A DNA stretch of 64,000 bases from an uncultured Enterobacteriaceae bacterium (GCA_964393745.1 CAYMVA010000127.1:2046-66045); one strand, 5' to 3'; shown: positions 11,443 through 26,719, counted from the stretch's first letter. Notes: a model not told the origin generated them from the letters alone. Numbers and translations are program-made.

Positions 11443-11976
11443 CTACTCTTCCGGCGGCAGATCCTCGCCGGGGAACAGTGCCTCGGTGAAGCCGAACCTG
11501 GCGAAATCACGCATGCGCATCGGATAGAGGATGCCGTCGAGGTGGTCGCATTCGTGCTGCACCACGCGGGCGTGAAAACCCTCGACGCTACGCTCGAAAT
11601 GCCTGCCCAATTCGTCGTAGCCGGAGTAGCGCAGCCACCGCCAGCGCGGCACCCAACCGCGCAGGCCAGGCACCGAGAGGCAGCCCTCCCACCCCTCCTC
11701 GGTGTCTTCGGCGAGCGGCTCGATGACCGGGTTGATGAGCACGGTATCGGGTACTTCCTCGGCTTGCGGGTAGCGCGGGTTGGACTTGACCCCGAAGATG
11801 ACGACCCGTAGGGCGACGCCGATCTGCGGCGCGGCAAGGCCGGCTCCATCCAGGTGCGCCATGGTTTCGCGCATGTCTTGCAGCAGTGCGTCGAGCTCGG
11901 GCGTGGCGAAGGCTTGTACCGCCGCCGAGCGCCGCAGCAGCCGCTCGTCGCCCATCCTCAGGACCTGCCGGATCAT
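11443..11976 (-). CDS. def: Peptide deformylase
   Basis: 177-aa ORF with the three deformylase motifs: [27 protein letters not shown]. Confidence 0.92.
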   Translation of the reverse strand: MIRQVLRMGDERLLRRSAAVQAFATPELDALLQDMRETMAHLDGAGLAAPQIGVALRVVIFGVKSNPRYPQAEEVPDTVLINPVIEPLAEDTEEGWEGCLSVPGLRGWVPRWRWLRYSGYDELGRHFERSVEGFHARVVQHECDHLDGILYPMRMRDFARFGFTEALFPGEDLPPEE

Positions 11977-12710
11977 CCAGCTACGAGCTGCTCGATGATG
12001 CGGCGCACGCGCCCCATGGTCTGCTCGAGCACCGCTTCGATGCGATTGAGCTCGACGCCATGCGCGCTTTCGCCGCGGCCGGCGGCGTGATTTGCCACCA
12101 CCGCGATCGCCGCGTACTCCAGTCCGGCCTCACGCGCCAAAGCGGCTTCGGGCATTCCGGTCATGCCCACCATGTCGGCGCCATCGCGTTCCAGCCGGTT
12201 TATTTCCGCAACGGTCTCCAGCCGGGGACCCTGGGTGGCGGCGTAGACGCCCCGCGCCACCAGCGCCTCCCCGCATGCGCCGGCGGCGGCGATAATCTTG
12301 GCGCGCAGCGCCGCCGAATAGGGCTCGGTGAAATCAATATGCGTCACCGGATTTCCCGGCCCTTCGAAGAAGGTCGAACGCCGCCCCCAGGTGTAGTCCA
12401 TGATCTGGTCGGGAAGCACCAGCGTCCCGGGCCCGAACTCGCGGCGGATGCCTCCCACCGAGGCGACGGAAATGACGCCCTCGAGCGCCTGCTCCTTCAA
12501 CGCCCAAATGTTGGCGCGGTAGTTCACCTGGTGCGGCGCGATCGTGTGACCGTAACCATGCCGCGCAAGGAAGATCACTTCGCGGCTGCCGAGTTTGCCG
12601 AAAGTGAGCGCGCCGGAAGGCTCTCCGTAAGGCGTCCGCACCACCATGCGCTGGGTCACTTCAAGGCTGGCGAGCTGCGATAGCCCGCTGCCGCCGATTA
12701 TCGCGAGCAT
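11973..12710 (-). CDS. S-methyl-5'-thioadenosine / thioinosine phosphorylase (MTAP family purine nucleoside phosphorylase)
   Basis: ORF 11973..12869. The conserved N-terminus [10 protein letters not shown] begins at ATG 12710, which overlaps the hpt stop as TGATG. The upstream 53 codons overlap hpt and look non-coding. Confidence 0.85.
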   Translation of the reverse strand: MLAIIGGSGLSQLASLEVTQRMVVRTPYGEPSGALTFGKLGSREVIFLARHGYGHTIAPHQVNYRANIWALKEQALEGVISVASVGGIRREFGPGTLVLPDQIMDYTWGRRSTFFEGPGNPVTHIDFTEPYSAALRAKIIAAAGACGEALVARGVYAATQGPRLETVAEINRLERDGADMVGMTGMPEAALAREAGLEYAAIAVVANHAAGRGESAHGVELNRIEAVLEQTMGRVRRIIEQLVAG

Positions 12711-13258
12711 CAGTTCTCCTTGATGGCGCGAATCTCGGGCAGGTTGCGCCAGAATCCTTTCGCGTCCATGCCGCAGCCGAACACGAACCGGTCGGGAATC
12801 CGCAAGCCGACGAAGTCGGCCCTGATCGGCTTGTCCCGTGCCAGCACCTTTTCCACCAGCACCGCGCACTGAACGCTCGCAACACCGAGTTCCAGCAGGC
12901 GGTCATGGATGGCGCGCATGGTCTGGCCGCCGTCCAGGATGTCGTCGATCACCAGCACCGCCCGGCCGCGCACGTTCAGGGGCGGCGCCACGCGCCATTC
13001 GATGCCGCCGCCTTGCGTGGCGACGCCATAGCGCGACGCATGGATGTAGTCGAAGTCGAGCGGAAAGCGCAGGCGCGGCAGCAGCTGTCCGGCGAACACC
13101 ACCGCGCCACCCATCACTGCAAGCAGCAAGGGATAGCGGTCCCGGTATCGCGCTTCGATTTCGGCGGCGAGGCGCCGAATCGCGGCCTCGACTTCGCCGG
13201 CGCTCGAAACGGGATCGGAGTGCTGGAGGAAAGCCCAAGCCTCGTTCAGGTCGGGCAT
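12710..13258 (-). CDS. hpt: Hypoxanthine-guanine phosphoribosyltransferase
   Basis: 182-aa ORF with the PRPP-binding loop VLVIDDILDGGQT and a C-terminal ..GCGMDAKGFWRNLPEI.. motif. Confidence 0.85.
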   Translation of the reverse strand: MPDLNEAWAFLQHSDPVSSAGEVEAAIRRLAAEIEARYRDRYPLLLAVMGGAVVFAGQLLPRLRFPLDFDYIHASRYGVATQGGGIEWRVAPPLNVRGRAVLVIDDILDGGQTMRAIHDRLLELGVASVQCAVLVEKVLARDKPIRADFVGLRIPDRFVFGCGMDAKGFWRNLPEIRAIKEN

Positions 13259-13314
13259 TGTCGTTGGGCGAAAGTGGCGGGCAATGGTTCGGCGTTCGCA
13301 GCCAGTATAGCCAA

Positions 13315-14184
13315 TCAGGGTTTGCGCTGCGCCAAGTAGTCTGCGAATGCGCTGCCTACCTCCGCATGCTGCAATCCCAATTCCACGGTCGCCTTCAGGT
13401 AACCGAGCTTCGAGCCGCAGTCGTATCGCTTGCCGCTCAGGCGCATCGCCAGGACGCGTTCGCGCTGCAGCAGTGCCGCGATCGCATCCGTCAGCTGGAT
13501 CTCGCCGCCACGCCCGGGTTGCGCCGCAGCCAGCAGTTGGAAAATAGCCGGCGTCAGCACGTAGCGCCCCACCACCGCCAGCGTCGAGGGCGCCACGGCA
13601 GGCGCGGGCTTCTCGACGATGGCCCGAACCGGCGTCACCGCGGCATCCGGATCCGCGGGCGTGACAATTCCGTAGTGCGCAGTCTGGTCGCGCGGCACGT
13701 CTTCTACGCCCAGCAACGAGCAGCCTTCGGCCGCAAAGCGGGCAGTCATCTGCGCGGTCGCCGGCGGCTGCGCGTCGATCAGGTCATCTGCAAGCAGCAC
13801 CGCGAAGGGTTCGTTGCCGACCACCGGCTGCGCGCAGAGCACCGCATGGCCGAGGCCAAGCGGTTCCACCTGCCGGATGTAAATGCAACGGCAACCTGGC
13901 GGCAGAACGCCCTGCACCAGAGCGAGCAGTTCGGCCTTTCCCTTGCCCAGCGCGCTTTCCAGCTCCGGCACCCGGTCGAAGTGGTCTTCGATCGCCCGCT
14001 TGTTGCGGCCGGTGACGAAGATCATGTCGGTGATCCCGGCAGCAGCAGCCTCCTCGACCGCGTACTGAATGAGCGGCTTGTCCACGATCGGCAACATCTC
14101 CTTGGGACTCGCCTTGGTCGCAGGCAGGAACCGGCTGCCGAGCCCGGCTACCGGAAACACCGCTTTGGTAATCCTGTTTGCCAT
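13315..14184 (-). CDS. galU: UTP--glucose-1-phosphate uridylyltransferase
   Basis: 289-aa ORF starting [35 protein letters not shown], the GalU signature. Confidence 0.94.
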   Translation of the reverse strand: MANRITKAVFPVAGLGSRFLPATKASPKEMLPIVDKPLIQYAVEEAAAAGITDMIFVTGRNKRAIEDHFDRVPELESALGKGKAELLALVQGVLPPGCRCIYIRQVEPLGLGHAVLCAQPVVGNEPFAVLLADDLIDAQPPATAQMTARFAAEGCSLLGVEDVPRDQTAHYGIVTPADPDAAVTPVRAIVEKPAPAVAPSTLAVVGRYVLTPAIFQLLAAAQPGRGGEIQLTDAIAALLQRERVLAMRLSGKRYDCGSKLGYLKATVELGLQHAEVGSAFADYLAQRKP

Positions 14185-14189
14185 GGCGT

Positions 14190-17253
<3,064 letters not shown>

Positions 17254-17275
17254 GGCGCGTTTCGCCCGTCGCCGT

Positions 17276-20200
17276 TCAGGCGGCGAGTTCCTCCCGGATG
17301 CGCAGCGCCTGCTCGATGTCCACTGCCACTACCCGCGAGACGCCGGATTCCGGCATCGTCACGCCGATCAGCTGCTCGGCCATCTCCATGGTGATCTTGT
17401 TGTGGCTGATGAACAGGAACTGCGTCTGCGCGCCCATCCTGCGGACCAGATCGCAGAAGCGCACGGTGTTGCTGTCGTCGAGCGGAGCGTCGACCTCGTC
17501 CAGCAGGCAGAACGGCGCCGGATTGAGCTGGAAGATCGAGAACACGAGCGCGATCGCGGTGAGCGCCTTTTCGCCGCCCGAGAGCAGGTGGATGGTGCTG
17601 TTGCGCTTGCCCGGAGGCTGCGCCATCACCTGCACCCCGGCATCGAGGATTTCCTCCCCGGTCATGATGAGCCTCGCCTCGCCGCCAGCGAACAGCACCG
17701 GGAACAGCGATCCGAAGTGCCGGTTCACGCTGTCGAAGGTCTCGCGCAGCAGCTCGCGCGTCTCGCGGTCGATGCGCCGGATCGCGTCCCCCAGGGTGGT
17801 TACCGCCTCTTCCAGGTCTGCAAACTGCGAGTCGAGGTAGTCCTTGCGTTCGCGGCCCGAGGCGAGCTCCTCGAGCGCCGCCAGGTTGACGGCGCCCAGT
17901 TCGTTGATCGCCTGCGTCAGCCGCGTGATCTCGCCCTGCAGGCTCGACGGCCGGGGCGCGCGCTCCGCTTCATTCGCCAGCCGCGCCTCATCGGCATTCG
18001 CCTCCCGCAGCTGGGTCTCGAACTGCTCGAGATTGATGCGCGCCGCCTGCTCCTTGAGGCGCAGCTCGCCGATGCGGTCGCGCAGCGGCGCGATGCCGCT
18101 TTCGATCTGCAAGCGCTCCTCTTCCAGTGCGCGCAGCGCGGCCGCAGCGGTCTCGACTGCGTCGCGTGCCGCGGCAAGTGTCGCCTCGCAGGCAATGCGG
18201 GCTTCTACGGCATCGTCCAATGCCGCACGCACCGCAGGAATCGGGTCCACCGCCAGTTCCTGCGTGAGCCGCGTCACCTCCTGTTCCCCGCGCCCGATCT
18301 GCTGGTCGATCATGCGCACTGAATTGTCGATCTCCGCGATCTTGGCCGTGCATTCGCGCTCGCCGAACACCGCGTCCTGCGCTTCGCGCTCCGCCTGCTG
18401 AGCGCCGAGCCGCTGTCCCGCCAGGGCGGTCTCCGCGGCCACGTACTCCGTGCGCACTAGTTGCAGCCGCTCGCCCGACGCGCGGATCTCGGCGCCAGCA
18501 TGCTCGAGCGCGGCTTTGCACTCGGCGAGGCGCGTGCCGTCGCGCGCCGCTTCGAGCGCGATTTCTTCCATCTCGCCCCGGATCTGTCCGGTACGCTCGC
18601 GATAGCGCTCCAGCGCCTGCGTGAGCTTGAGGGTCTCGATTTGCGCTTCGTGCAGCGCGCGCTGCCGTGCGGCAATCATCTCGCGCGCACTGTCCAGCGT
18701 CTGCTGTCGCGCCGCGGTCTGCTCCTCAAGCCGCGCCGCCGCCGTGCGCGCCACCTCCACGATGCCTCCCAGGGCTAGGCAGCGCCCCTCCAGCTCCTCG
18801 ATTTCCGATTGACGCCCCAGGATGCCGGCGTCCGCCGGGTCGGGCGCGTGCAAGCTGATGGTGTGGCGCGTGAACTGGTGGCCATCGCGATTCACCAATA
18901 TCGCGCCCGCCGGCAGCAGCGCGCACACGGATTTAGCGGGAATGCCCTCAACCACGTAGACGTTCGCGAGCCAGTCGCCGATCGGTCCGGCGATCGCAGC
19001 GTCGATGGCGTGAACCTTGCTGGCGAGCGCAACCAAGCTGGAACGCGCCGCCGGCGCATCGCCCACCCCGCCCATGAACAGGCTCGCCTTGACCGGCGGC
19101 AGATCCGTGGTCAGCCGCAGGGCGGCGTCCGCGTCCCCAACCTCGAGCGCGTGCAGCCGCTCGCGCAACACTGATTCAACCGCGATTTCCCAGCCATGAT
19201 CGATGCGCACCTTCTGCCAGAAACGCGGCAATGCCGCCAGCCGATGGCGTGCCAGCCAATCGTGCAGCGGCGCGTTCTCCTCCGCAGCGAGCTGCACCTG
19301 TTTCAGGGTCGCAAGTTGCGCTTCGGCGGCAGTATGTTCGCGCAGGGCCTGCGCGAGCCCATCCGCCGCCGCCGCGCGCGTTTCTTCCAACGCCACAACC
19401 TCGCCCTGCTGCGCATCGAATCCCTCTCGCGCTTCGGCGAGCGCGCGCTCGAGCTGCGCGATGCCGTCGTGCGCCGCGCCTACCGCCCCGGCGTCCGGTT
19501 CGGCCAGGGTTCGCAATTCGGTTTCCAGCCGCTCACGGCGCTGCGCCAGCGACTGCAGGTTGCGCTCGATGTGCAACAGGTTCTGCTCCTCCAGCTGCAG
19601 CCTGCCCTCGGCCTGCAGCCCCTGGCTGCGCGCCTCGTTCAGCCGTTCCTGCGCCGCCCGGTAGCTTTGCTCGGCCAGAGGCAGCTTGGCGCTCTCCACC
19701 ACCAGCCGCGCCTGCGTATCCGCGACTCGTTGCTTGGCGCCGCCAGCGCGCGATGCCCACAGGTGCAACGCCTGCGTAAGTTGTGCGCGCTGCTCGCGCC
19801 AGGACGACAGCTGAACGCGCCGTTCGGTGTGCTGGCTTTCGAGCCGCTGGCGGGTCTCCTCCACGTGGCGCAGCTCTGATTCGTGCCGTGCCACCTCGCC
19901 ATTGGCGGCGTACACCGCCGCCTGCGCGGCATTGAGCACATCGCCCTCCCGGTAGTGCGCCGCGCGCGCCGTCTCCACCCTGCTTTCGATCTCGCGCAGC
20001 TTTGCGGTCTCGCCCTCCAGTTCGTTGCCGACGCGGGTCATTTCCCTGGCCTGGCGCTCGCGCTCCGCCGCAGCGTCCTTGCGCCGTAGGAACCAGAGCA
20101 ACTGCTTCTTGAGTTGCAACTCCTGCTGGAAATCCTTGTACTGCGTGGCCACCTTGGCCTGGCCCTCGAGCTTCTCGATCTGGGCGCCGAGCTCGACGCG

Positions 20201-20791
20201 GATATCGTTCACACGCGCCAGGTTCTCGCGCGTCTCCGCCAGCCGCTGCTCGGTCTCCTTGCGCCGCTCCTTGTAGCGCGAAACCCCTGCCGCCTCCTCT
20301 AGGAATATGCGCAGCTCGTCCGGCTTCGCCTCGATCACCCGGGAGATCATCCCCTGCTCGATGATCGCGTAGGCGCGCGGCCCGAGCCCGGTGCCCAGGA
20401 ACATGTCGGTGATATCGCGCCGCCTGACGTGCGTGCCGTTGATCCAGTAGGACGATTCTCCGTCGCGCTGCAGCACGCGCCTGACCGAAATCTCCGCGTA
20501 TTGCGACCACTGCCCGGCGGCGCGTCCGAGGGCGTTGTCGAATACGAGCTCGACACTGGCGCGTGCCAGCGGCTTGCGGTTCATGGAGCCATTAAAGATC
20601 ACGTCCTGCATCGAATCGCCGCGCAGCGCCGAAGCGCGCGACTCGCCGAGCACCCAGCGCACCGCGTCAATGACGTTCGACTTGCCGCATCCGTTCGGAC
20701 CGACGATGCCGACCAGCTGGCCGGGAACGTGAATCGAAGTCGGGTCGACGAAGGATTTGAAACCGGAGAGCTTGATCTGCGTGAGGCGCAC
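17276..20791 (-). CDS. smc: Chromosome partition protein Smc
   Basis: Walker A (GPNGCGKSN), long coiled coils, a hinge, and C-terminal signature [13 protein letters not shown] plus Walker [13 protein letters not shown]. The conserved N-terminus (V)[13 protein letters not shown] starts at GTG 20791. The 51 extra upstream codons of the tracked ORF are unlikely to be coding. Confidence 0.93.
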   Translation of the reverse strand: MRLTQIKLSGFKSFVDPTSIHVPGQLVGIVGPNGCGKSNVIDAVRWVLGESRASALRGDSMQDVIFNGSMNRKPLARASVELVFDNALGRAAGQWSQYAEISVRRVLQRDGESSYWINGTHVRRRDITDMFLGTGLGPRAYAIIEQGMISRVIEAKPDELRIFLEEAAGVSRYKERRKETEQRLAETRENLARVNDIRVELGAQIEKLEGQAKVATQYKDFQQELQLKKQLLWFLRRKDAAAERERQAREMTRVGNELEGETAKLREIESRVETARAAHYREGDVLNAAQAAVYAANGEVARHESELRHVEETRQRLESQHTERRVQLSSWREQRAQLTQALHLWASRAGGAKQRVADTQARLVVESAKLPLAEQSYRAAQERLNEARSQGLQAEGRLQLEEQNLLHIERNLQSLAQRRERLETELRTLAEPDAGAVGAAHDGIAQLERALAEAREGFDAQQGEVVALEETRAAAADGLAQALREHTAAEAQLATLKQVQLAAEENAPLHDWLARHRLAALPRFWQKVRIDHGWEIAVESVLRERLHALEVGDADAALRLTTDLPPVKASLFMGGVGDAPAARSSLVALASKVHAIDAAIAGPIGDWLANVYVVEGIPAKSVCALLPAGAILVNRDGHQFTRHTISLHAPDPADAGILGRQSEIEELEGRCLALGGIVEVARTAAARLEEQTAARQQTLDSAREMIAARQRALHEAQIETLKLTQALERYRERTGQIRGEMEEIALEAARDGTRLAECKAALEHAGAEIRASGERLQLVRTEYVAAETALAGQRLGAQQAEREAQDAVFGERECTAKIAEIDNSVRMIDQQIGRGEQEVTRLTQELAVDPIPAVRAALDDAVEARIACEATLAAARDAVETAAAALRALEEERLQIESGIAPLRDRIGELRLKEQAARINLEQFETQLREANADEARLANEAERAPRPSSLQGEITRLTQAINELGAVNLAALEELASGRERKDYLDSQFADLEEAVTTLGDAIRRIDRETRELLRETFDSVNRHFGSLFPVLFAGGEARLIMTGEEILDAGVQVMAQPPGKRNSTIHLLSGGEKALTAIALVFSIFQLNPAPFCLLDEVDAPLDDSNTVRFCDLVRRMGAQTQFLFISHNKITMEMAEQLIGVTMPESGVSRVVAVDIEQALRIREELAA

Positions 20792-20906
20792 GGGGCTCGC
20801 GTGGTTCTTGGAATTCGGGGCTCGCGGCTCTCGAGAGCACCAGGAAATACTGCGCGCTATGATAACATCCTCGCGCTCGGTTTCCGCCGCAGTTTCCCAC
20901 CTCTCG

Positions 20907-21332
20907 ATGCCATCGCGCCCCAGCCAGCGGCTGCAGACATTTGCCAATCCGGCGCCGCAGCGCGACTACCGGATCCACATCGAGATTCCGGAGTTCACCT
21001 GCCTGTGCCCGATGACGGGGCAGCCGGATTTCGCCACCTTGGTGCTCGATTACGTCCCCGACCGGCGTTGCATCGAGCTCAAGGCGCTCAAGCAATATGT
21101 CTGGTCGTTCCGCGACCAGGGAGCTTTTCACGAGGCGGTTACCAACCGTATCCTTGGCGACCTGTGCAAGGTCACCCGGCCGCGATTCCTGCGCCTGACA
21201 GCTCGCTTCAACGTTCGCGGCGGCCTATTTACCACCGTTGTAGCCGAGCATTGCAAACACGGCTGGCGCCCCGCCCCTCCAGTGACCCTTGACGATCTTC
21301 CCGCCGCCGCCCCGCAAGGCGGATCGGGATGA
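20907..21332 (+). CDS. queF: NADPH-dependent 7-cyano-7-deazaguanine reductase (type I QueF)
   Basis: Has the QueF motif [15 protein letters not shown] and a C-terminal RGG. The start is ambiguous between ATG 20907 ([12 protein letters not shown]..) and ATG 20859. The stop overlaps the dapC start (ATGA). Confidence 0.85.
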   Translation: MPSRPSQRLQTFANPAPQRDYRIHIEIPEFTCLCPMTGQPDFATLVLDYVPDRRCIELKALKQYVWSFRDQGAFHEAVTNRILGDLCKVTRPRFLRLTARFNVRGGLFTTVVAEHCKHGWRPAPPVTLDDLPAAAPQGGSG

Positions 21333-22522
21333 ATCCGCGCCTCGCCAGACTTCAGCCCTATCCGTTCGAGAAGCTGCGCGCCCTGCTCGCCGGCGTGACA
21401 CCGAACCCGACGTTCAGGGCTGTCGATCTGTCCATCGGCGAGCCCAAGCACGCCACACCGGAGCTGGTGAAGCGCGCGCTGGCCGGCTCTCTGGACGGCC
21501 TTTCGTCCTATCCGGCTACCGCCGGCATGCCCGCACTGCGCGATGCGATCGCCGATTGGCTGCAGCACCGTTACGCGCTTCCGGCGCTCGATCCCGCGAC
21601 GCAGGTACTGCCCGTGAATGGTTCACGCGAAGCGCTGTTTGCTTTCGCCCAGGCGGCGATCGACCCGGCCGGAGGTCGCGCACGCATAGTCTGTCCCAAC
21701 CCCTTCTACCAGATCTATGAGGGCGCGGCTTTGCTCGCGGGTGCCGAGCCGGTGTTCCTCAACGCCACCGAGGCGAGCGGTCACCGCATGCAGCTCGACA
21801 GCCTTCCCGCGGACGCCTGGCGGGACGTCAAGCTCCTTTACGCCTGCTCGCCGGCCAATCCCGGCGGCATGGTCCTGCGCCTGGCGGACTGGCAGCGCCT
21901 GTTCAAGTTGTCCGACCAGCATGGTTTCGCCATCGCCTCGGACGAGTGCTACTCGGAGCTTTACTACGACGAAGCGCAGCCCCCTCTTGGCGCGCTGCAG
22001 GCGGCGCATCGCCTGGGGCGGGATGGCTACCCGCGACTGGTGGTTTTCTCAAGCTTGTCCAAGCGCTCCAACGCGCCCGGCATGCGCTCCGGATTCGTCG
22101 CCGGCGACCCGGGCTTGCTGAAGGCATTCCTGCTCTACCGCACCTATCACGGCTCGGCGATGAGCCCGCCGGCACAGCAGGCTTCGATCGCCGCCTGGCG
22201 CGATGAGGCGCACGTGCGGGAGAACCGGCGCCTGTACGCCGAAAAGTATCGCGCGCTGCTGCCGCTGGCGGCGCCGCAACTTCAGGCCCACCTGCCCGAG
22301 GGTGGTTTTTATCTCTGGCTGCGAACTCCAATCGACGATTGCGAATTCGCTCGCGCATTGCACCGCGACTATAATGTGCGCGTCCTGCCGGGCAGTTATC
22401 TGGGGCGCGATGCGCACGGCGAAAATCCAGGCGCGGGTTATGTGCGCCTCGCGCTGGTGGCGCCGCTCGCGGACTGCGTCGACGCGTTCGAGCGCCTGGT
22501 CCGCTTCACAACCCGACTCTGA
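21329..22522 (+). CDS. dapC: Succinyldiaminopimelate transaminase (class I/II aminotransferase)
   Basis: 397-aa ORF starting [20 protein letters not shown].., typical of beta-proteobacterial DapC, with a PLP-lysine region [15 protein letters not shown]. It lies directly upstream of dapD. Confidence 0.88.
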   Translation: MNPRLARLQPYPFEKLRALLAGVTPNPTFRAVDLSIGEPKHATPELVKRALAGSLDGLSSYPATAGMPALRDAIADWLQHRYALPALDPATQVLPVNGSREALFAFAQAAIDPAGGRARIVCPNPFYQIYEGAALLAGAEPVFLNATEASGHRMQLDSLPADAWRDVKLLYACSPANPGGMVLRLADWQRLFKLSDQHGFAIASDECYSELYYDEAQPPLGALQAAHRLGRDGYPRLVVFSSLSKRSNAPGMRSGFVAGDPGLLKAFLLYRTYHGSAMSPPAQQASIAAWRDEAHVRENRRLYAEKYRALLPLAAPQLQAHLPEGGFYLWLRTPIDDCEFARALHRDYNVRVLPGSYLGRDAHGENPGAGYVRLALVAPLADCVDAFERLVRFTTRL

Positions 22523-22527
22523 CGACT

Positions 22528-23349
22528 ATGGAAGCCGCAAGGAAGACGATCGACGAAGCATGGGAGGCGCGGGCGCAGATCGGCCCGGCGTCCGCGTCCA
22601 AGGCGCTGCGCGTCGCGGTCGAGGAAGTCATCTCGGGCCTCGACTCGGGAAAGCTGCGCGTCGCGGAAAAGCGCAACGGCGAGTGGCTCACCCACCAGTG
22701 GGTGAAGAAGGCGGTGCTGCTGTCGTTCCGGCTCGAGGACAACCGCCTGCTGCCTGGCGGATCGACCAATTACTACGACAAGGTGCCGGGCAAATTCGCG
22801 GGCTACGATGCCCAGGCGTTCGCCGCCGGCGGGTTCCGCGTCGTGCCCCCGGCGATGGCGCGGCGCGGCGCCTACGTCGCACGCAACGTGGTGCTCATGC
22901 CTTCGTACGTGAATATCGGCGCCTACGTCGACGAAGGCACCATGGTCGACACCTGGGCTACCGTGGGTTCCTGCGCGCAGATCGGAAAGAACGTGCACCT
23001 TTCCGGCGGCGTCGGCATCGGGGGGGTGCTCGAGCCGATCCAGGCGAATCCCGTCATAATCGAAGACAACTGCTTCATCGGCGCGCGCTCGGAGGTGGTC
23101 GAGGGCGTGATCGTGGAGGAGAACAGCGTGCTTTCGATGGGGGTGTACATCGGCCAGAGCACCAAGATCTTCGACCGCGCCAGCGGCGAGGTCCTGTACG
23201 GCCGCGTACCCGCAGGCTCCGTGGTGGTACCCGGAACTATGCCCTCTGGAGACCGCAGTTGCGCCCTGTATTGTGCGGTAATCGTCAAGCGGGTGGACGC
23301 GAAGACACGCGCCAAGACCAGCCTGAACGAATTGCTGCGAGGGGATTAG
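22528..23349 (+). CDS. dapD: 2,3,4,5-tetrahydropyridine-2,6-dicarboxylate N-succinyltransferase
   Basis: 273-aa ORF with left-handed beta-helix hexapeptide repeats and a DapD-like N-terminal domain. Confidence 0.93.
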   Translation: MEAARKTIDEAWEARAQIGPASASKALRVAVEEVISGLDSGKLRVAEKRNGEWLTHQWVKKAVLLSFRLEDNRLLPGGSTNYYDKVPGKFAGYDAQAFAAGGFRVVPPAMARRGAYVARNVVLMPSYVNIGAYVDEGTMVDTWATVGSCAQIGKNVHLSGGVGIGGVLEPIQANPVIIEDNCFIGARSEVVEGVIVEENSVLSMGVYIGQSTKIFDRASGEVLYGRVPAGSVVVPGTMPSGDRSCALYCAVIVKRVDAKTRAKTSLNELLRGD

Positions 23350-23391
23350 ACTAGCCGGACTCAGGCGCAGGCGAAGCGGGAGGAACCAGAC

Positions 23392-24594
23392 ATGTCAGCG
23401 ATGAAGCGGCTGTTCCAGCTGATGGCCGAGAAAAAAGCCTCGGACATCTTCCTGTCGGTCGGCGCGCCGATCAACATCAAGATCAACGGCATTTCGGTGG
23501 CGGTGAACCAGACCGTCCTCAACTCGGACGCGGTCAAGCAGCTGCTCTACGAGATCCTGTCGGAGCGTCAGATCCGGGAGTACGAGGATGAGATGGAGTT
23601 GAACACCGGCTACACCTTCGAAGGCGTCGGCAACTACCGCATCAGCGCTTTCCGCCAGAAGGGCTCGCCCGCGGTGGTGGTGCGCTTTATCCCGAGCGCC
23701 ATTCCGGCACTCGATTCGCTCGGCCTGCCGGAGGTGCTCAAAGACATCATCATGCAGAAACGCGGCATGATCCTGATGGTGGGCGCTACCGGGTCGGGCA
23801 AAACCACCTCGCTTGCAGCGATGCTCGATTTCCGCAACGCGCAGCGATCGGGCCACATCCTGACCCTGGAGGATCCGATCGAGTTCGTGTTCCAGAACAA
23901 GAAGGCGATCGTCAACCAGCGCGAAGTCGGCAACGACACCAAGGCCTTCCAGGTGGCGCTCAAGAACGCCCTGCGCCAGGCGCCGGACTGCATCCTGATC
24001 GGCGAGATCCGGGACAAGGAGACCATGTCGGCCGCATTGCAGTACGCGCAATCGGGCCACCTCTGCCTGGCTACGCTGCACGCCAACAACAGCTACCACG
24101 CCATGAACCGGATCATCAGTTTCTACCCGCTGGAGAACCGGCCGACGCTGCTGCTCGACCTCTCAGCCAGCCTGCAGGCCGTGGTGTCGCAGCGGCTGGT
24201 GCGAGCCAAGTCCGGCGTGCGCATGCCTGCGGTCGAAGTGATGCTGAACACGCGCCACATCTCCGAGCTGATCGAGAAGGGCGAGATCAACGAGATCAAG
24301 GAAGCGATGGAAAAGAGCATGGCGCCGGGCTCGCAGACTTTCGAGCAGGCGCTGTTCACGCTGTTCATGGGCGGGCACATCACGCAGGACGAGGCCATGG
24401 CGAACGCCGACTCGGCGACCAACATGCTGTGGCTGATCAATCAGGCGACTGCGGGACAGCTTTCCACCGGCCAGGTGGCGATCGCAGCTGCCCAGGTGGA
24501 GCAGAAAAAGGACCTGCGCAAGCAGGACCCGTTCGGCAATTCCGCCAACACCAGTGCGTCGTTCAACGACATCAAGATCGACATGACCACCTGA
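23392..24594 (+). CDS. PilT/PilU-family type IV pilus retraction-type ATPase (orphan)
   Basis: 400-aa ORF with Walker [10 protein letters not shown], Walker B/Asp box ILIGEIRD and His box [12 protein letters not shown]. It has a C-terminal extension of about 50 aa. Confidence 0.85.
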   Translation: MSAMKRLFQLMAEKKASDIFLSVGAPINIKINGISVAVNQTVLNSDAVKQLLYEILSERQIREYEDEMELNTGYTFEGVGNYRISAFRQKGSPAVVVRFIPSAIPALDSLGLPEVLKDIIMQKRGMILMVGATGSGKTTSLAAMLDFRNAQRSGHILTLEDPIEFVFQNKKAIVNQREVGNDTKAFQVALKNALRQAPDCILIGEIRDKETMSAALQYAQSGHLCLATLHANNSYHAMNRIISFYPLENRPTLLLDLSASLQAVVSQRLVRAKSGVRMPAVEVMLNTRHISELIEKGEINEIKEAMEKSMAPGSQTFEQALFTLFMGGHITQDEAMANADSATNMLWLINQATAGQLSTGQVAIAAAQVEQKKDLRKQDPFGNSANTSASFNDIKIDMTT

Positions 24595-24604
24595 GGCCGG
24601 CGCG

Positions 24605-25732
24605 TTGAGCGAAGCGCTCGAGCTTGCCAAGGCCCTGATCGAGCGCCGTTCGGTGACGCCCGAGGACGCTGGCTGCCAGGAATTGCTCGGCGCGCGCCTT
24701 GCCGCGGCGGGCTTTCGCTGCGAATCCTTGCGCTGCGGTGAAGTCGTCAATCTCTGGGCGCGCCGTGGCAGCAGTGCGCCGCTGCTTTGTTTCGCCGGCC
24801 ATACCGACGTCGTGCCGACGGGACCGCTGGAGCAGTGGCAAAGCGACCCGTTCGTGCCGACGATCCGCGACGGCAAGCTGTTCGGGCGCGGCGCTGCCGA
24901 CATGAAATCCTCGATCGCCTGCTTCGTGGTGGCGGTCGAGGCCTTCGTGCGCGAGCGCCCGGACCATGGCGGCTCGATTGCGCTGCTGCTCACCTCGGAC
25001 GAGGAAGGTCCCTCCGTGGACGGCACAGTGCGCGTCGTAGAGCAACTCAAGCGCCGCCGCGAGCACATCGATTGGTGCATCATCGGCGAGCCCTCGTCCG
25101 TCAGTGCGCTGGGCGACACCATCAAGAACGGCCGCCGCGGCTCGCTGTCCGGGAAGCTGGTGGTACGCGGCACGCAGGGGCACATTGCCTATCCCCATCT
25201 GGCGAAGAATCCGATTCACGCGCTGGCGCCCGCCTTGGCGGAGCTCGCGGCGATGACGTGGGACGATGGCAGCGAGTTCTTTCCGCCCACCAGCTGGCAG
25301 GTGTCCAACCTGCATGCCGGGACCGGCGCCACCAACATCATTCCCGGTTCGCTCGAGCTGGATTTCAATTTCCGCTTTTCGACCTCCAGCACGGAAGCGT
25401 CGCTGCGCACTCGCCTCGAGGCGGTGCTGCGCCGGCACGGCCTGGAGTATTCGCTGGCGTGGACGCTGTCGGGCAATCCCTTCCTCACGCAACCGGGCGC
25501 CCTGGTCGAGGCGGTAAAACGCTCGGTGCAGGCGCAGACCGGGCGCACGCCAGAGCTTTCGACTTCCGGCGGCACCTCCGACGGGCGCTTCATCATCGAG
25601 ATCTGTCCGCAGGTCGTGGAACTCGGGCCGGTGAACGCCAGCATCCACAAGCTGAACGAGCACATCGAGCTCGAGGCGCTGGAACAGCTGCCGCGCATCT
25701 ACCTCGATACGCTGCGCGCGCTTCTGCCCTGA
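24605..25732 (+). CDS. dapE: Succinyl-diaminopimelate desuccinylase
   Basis: 375-aa ORF with a TTG start, an M20 peptidase pattern ([14 protein letters not shown]) and the typical DapE N-terminus ..[17 protein letters not shown]. Confidence 0.93.
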   Translation: MSEALELAKALIERRSVTPEDAGCQELLGARLAAAGFRCESLRCGEVVNLWARRGSSAPLLCFAGHTDVVPTGPLEQWQSDPFVPTIRDGKLFGRGAADMKSSIACFVVAVEAFVRERPDHGGSIALLLTSDEEGPSVDGTVRVVEQLKRRREHIDWCIIGEPSSVSALGDTIKNGRRGSLSGKLVVRGTQGHIAYPHLAKNPIHALAPALAELAAMTWDDGSEFFPPTSWQVSNLHAGTGATNIIPGSLELDFNFRFSTSSTEASLRTRLEAVLRRHGLEYSLAWTLSGNPFLTQPGALVEAVKRSVQAQTGRTPELSTSGGTSDGRFIIEICPQVVELGPVNASIHKLNEHIELEALEQLPRIYLDTLRALLP

Positions 25733-25739
25733 GGCCACG

Positions 25740-26621
25740 ATGCAGCGCCCGCGCCGGGTCACGGTCGCTGAGTTGCTGCGCCTGGTGGAGCAGCGGCTTC
25801 GCCGCGCACGCCTGAGCTATGGCCACGGCACGCACAACGCGCACGACGAAGCGGCGTGGCTGGTGCGCGCGTCCCTCGGGCTCAAGCTGACGTTTACCCC
25901 GGCGACGCTGGCGCGGGTTGCGTCGAGCGCCGGGCGGCGACGAGTGCAGCGGCGACTTGAGCAACGCGTGCACGATCGCTCGCCGCTTGCGTACCTGCTG
26001 CGCGAGGCCTGGCTCGGCGATGTGCGCTTCTACGTCGATCGCCGTGCCATCGTGCCGCGCTCCTACATCGCCGAGCTGCTGCGCGAGCGGCTCCGCCCCT
26101 GGTTGCGCCAGCCGGTGCGGCGTGCGCTCGACCTGTGTACCGGCTCGGGATGCCTGGCGGTGCTGCTGGCGCGCACTTTTACCCGCGCCCGCGTGGATGC
26201 ATCGGATCTGTCCGCGGCAGCGCTCGCCGTCGCGCGCATCAATATCGCGCGCCACCGCTTGCGCCGCCGCATCCGGCTGCTGCGCTCGGACCTGTTTGCA
26301 GAACTCGGCGATCAACGCTACGACCTGATCGTCTGCAATCCGCCTTATGTGACGGCGCGCGCCATGCGCCGGCTGCCGCGCGAATACCGCCACGAGCCGC
26401 GGCTCGCGCTCGCCGGCGGCGGCGACGGGCTAGCCCTGCTGCGCAGGCTGTTTTCGCAGGCGCGGCAGCACTTGAACGCGCGCGGTTTGCTGGTTTGCGA
26501 GATCGGCGGCAACCGCCGGGCGCTGGAACGCGCCTATCCGCAGTTGCCGTTCGCCTGGCCCTTGACGAGCGCGGGCGCGGGCAGCGTCTTCGTCCTGGAG
26601 CGCGAACAGCTCCCGGGGTGA
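25740..26621 (+). CDS. prmB: 50S ribosomal protein L3 glutamine N5-methyltransferase
   Basis: 293-aa ORF with SAM-binding LDLCTGSGCLA and the catalytic NPPY motif (IVCNPPYV). Confidence 0.88.
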   Translation: MQRPRRVTVAELLRLVEQRLRRARLSYGHGTHNAHDEAAWLVRASLGLKLTFTPATLARVASSAGRRRVQRRLEQRVHDRSPLAYLLREAWLGDVRFYVDRRAIVPRSYIAELLRERLRPWLRQPVRRALDLCTGSGCLAVLLARTFTRARVDASDLSAAALAVARINIARHRLRRRIRLLRSDLFAELGDQRYDLIVCNPPYVTARAMRRLPREYRHEPRLALAGGGDGLALLRRLFSQARQHLNARGLLVCEIGGNRRALERAYPQLPFAWPLTSAGAGSVFVLEREQLPG

Positions 26622-26628
26622 AGGAGTT

Positions 26629-26704
26629 TGGGGTGGCCGATGGGATTCGAACCCACAACAACCGGAATCACAATCCGGGACTCTACCTTTGAGCTACGGC
26701 CACC
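26629..26704 (-). tRNA. tRNA-His (anticodon GUG)
   Basis: Minus strand reads GGTGGCCGTAGCTCAAAGGTAGAGTCCCGGATTGTGATTCCGG...TTCGAATCC...CCA. The cloverleaf was folded by eye. The anticodon loop is TTGTGAT, and the extra 5' G (G-1) typical of tRNA-His is present. Confidence 0.9.
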
Positions 26705-26719
26705 GTCGATCAGGGGTGC

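Noticed and set aside
8768-11527. A 919-aa alternative-frame ORF on the same strand as glnD, plus the 479-aa antisense ORF 8505..9944
   Set aside because: The glnD frame carries all the conserved motifs. The alternative frames translate to Arg/Pro/Ala-rich sequence typical of out-of-frame GC-rich DNA.
23392-24594. The PilT-like ATPase as part of a type IV pilus or type II secretion locus
   Set aside because: No pilin, platform (PilC), secretin or assembly ATPase genes are present in the window. It is kept only as an orphan-gene observation.
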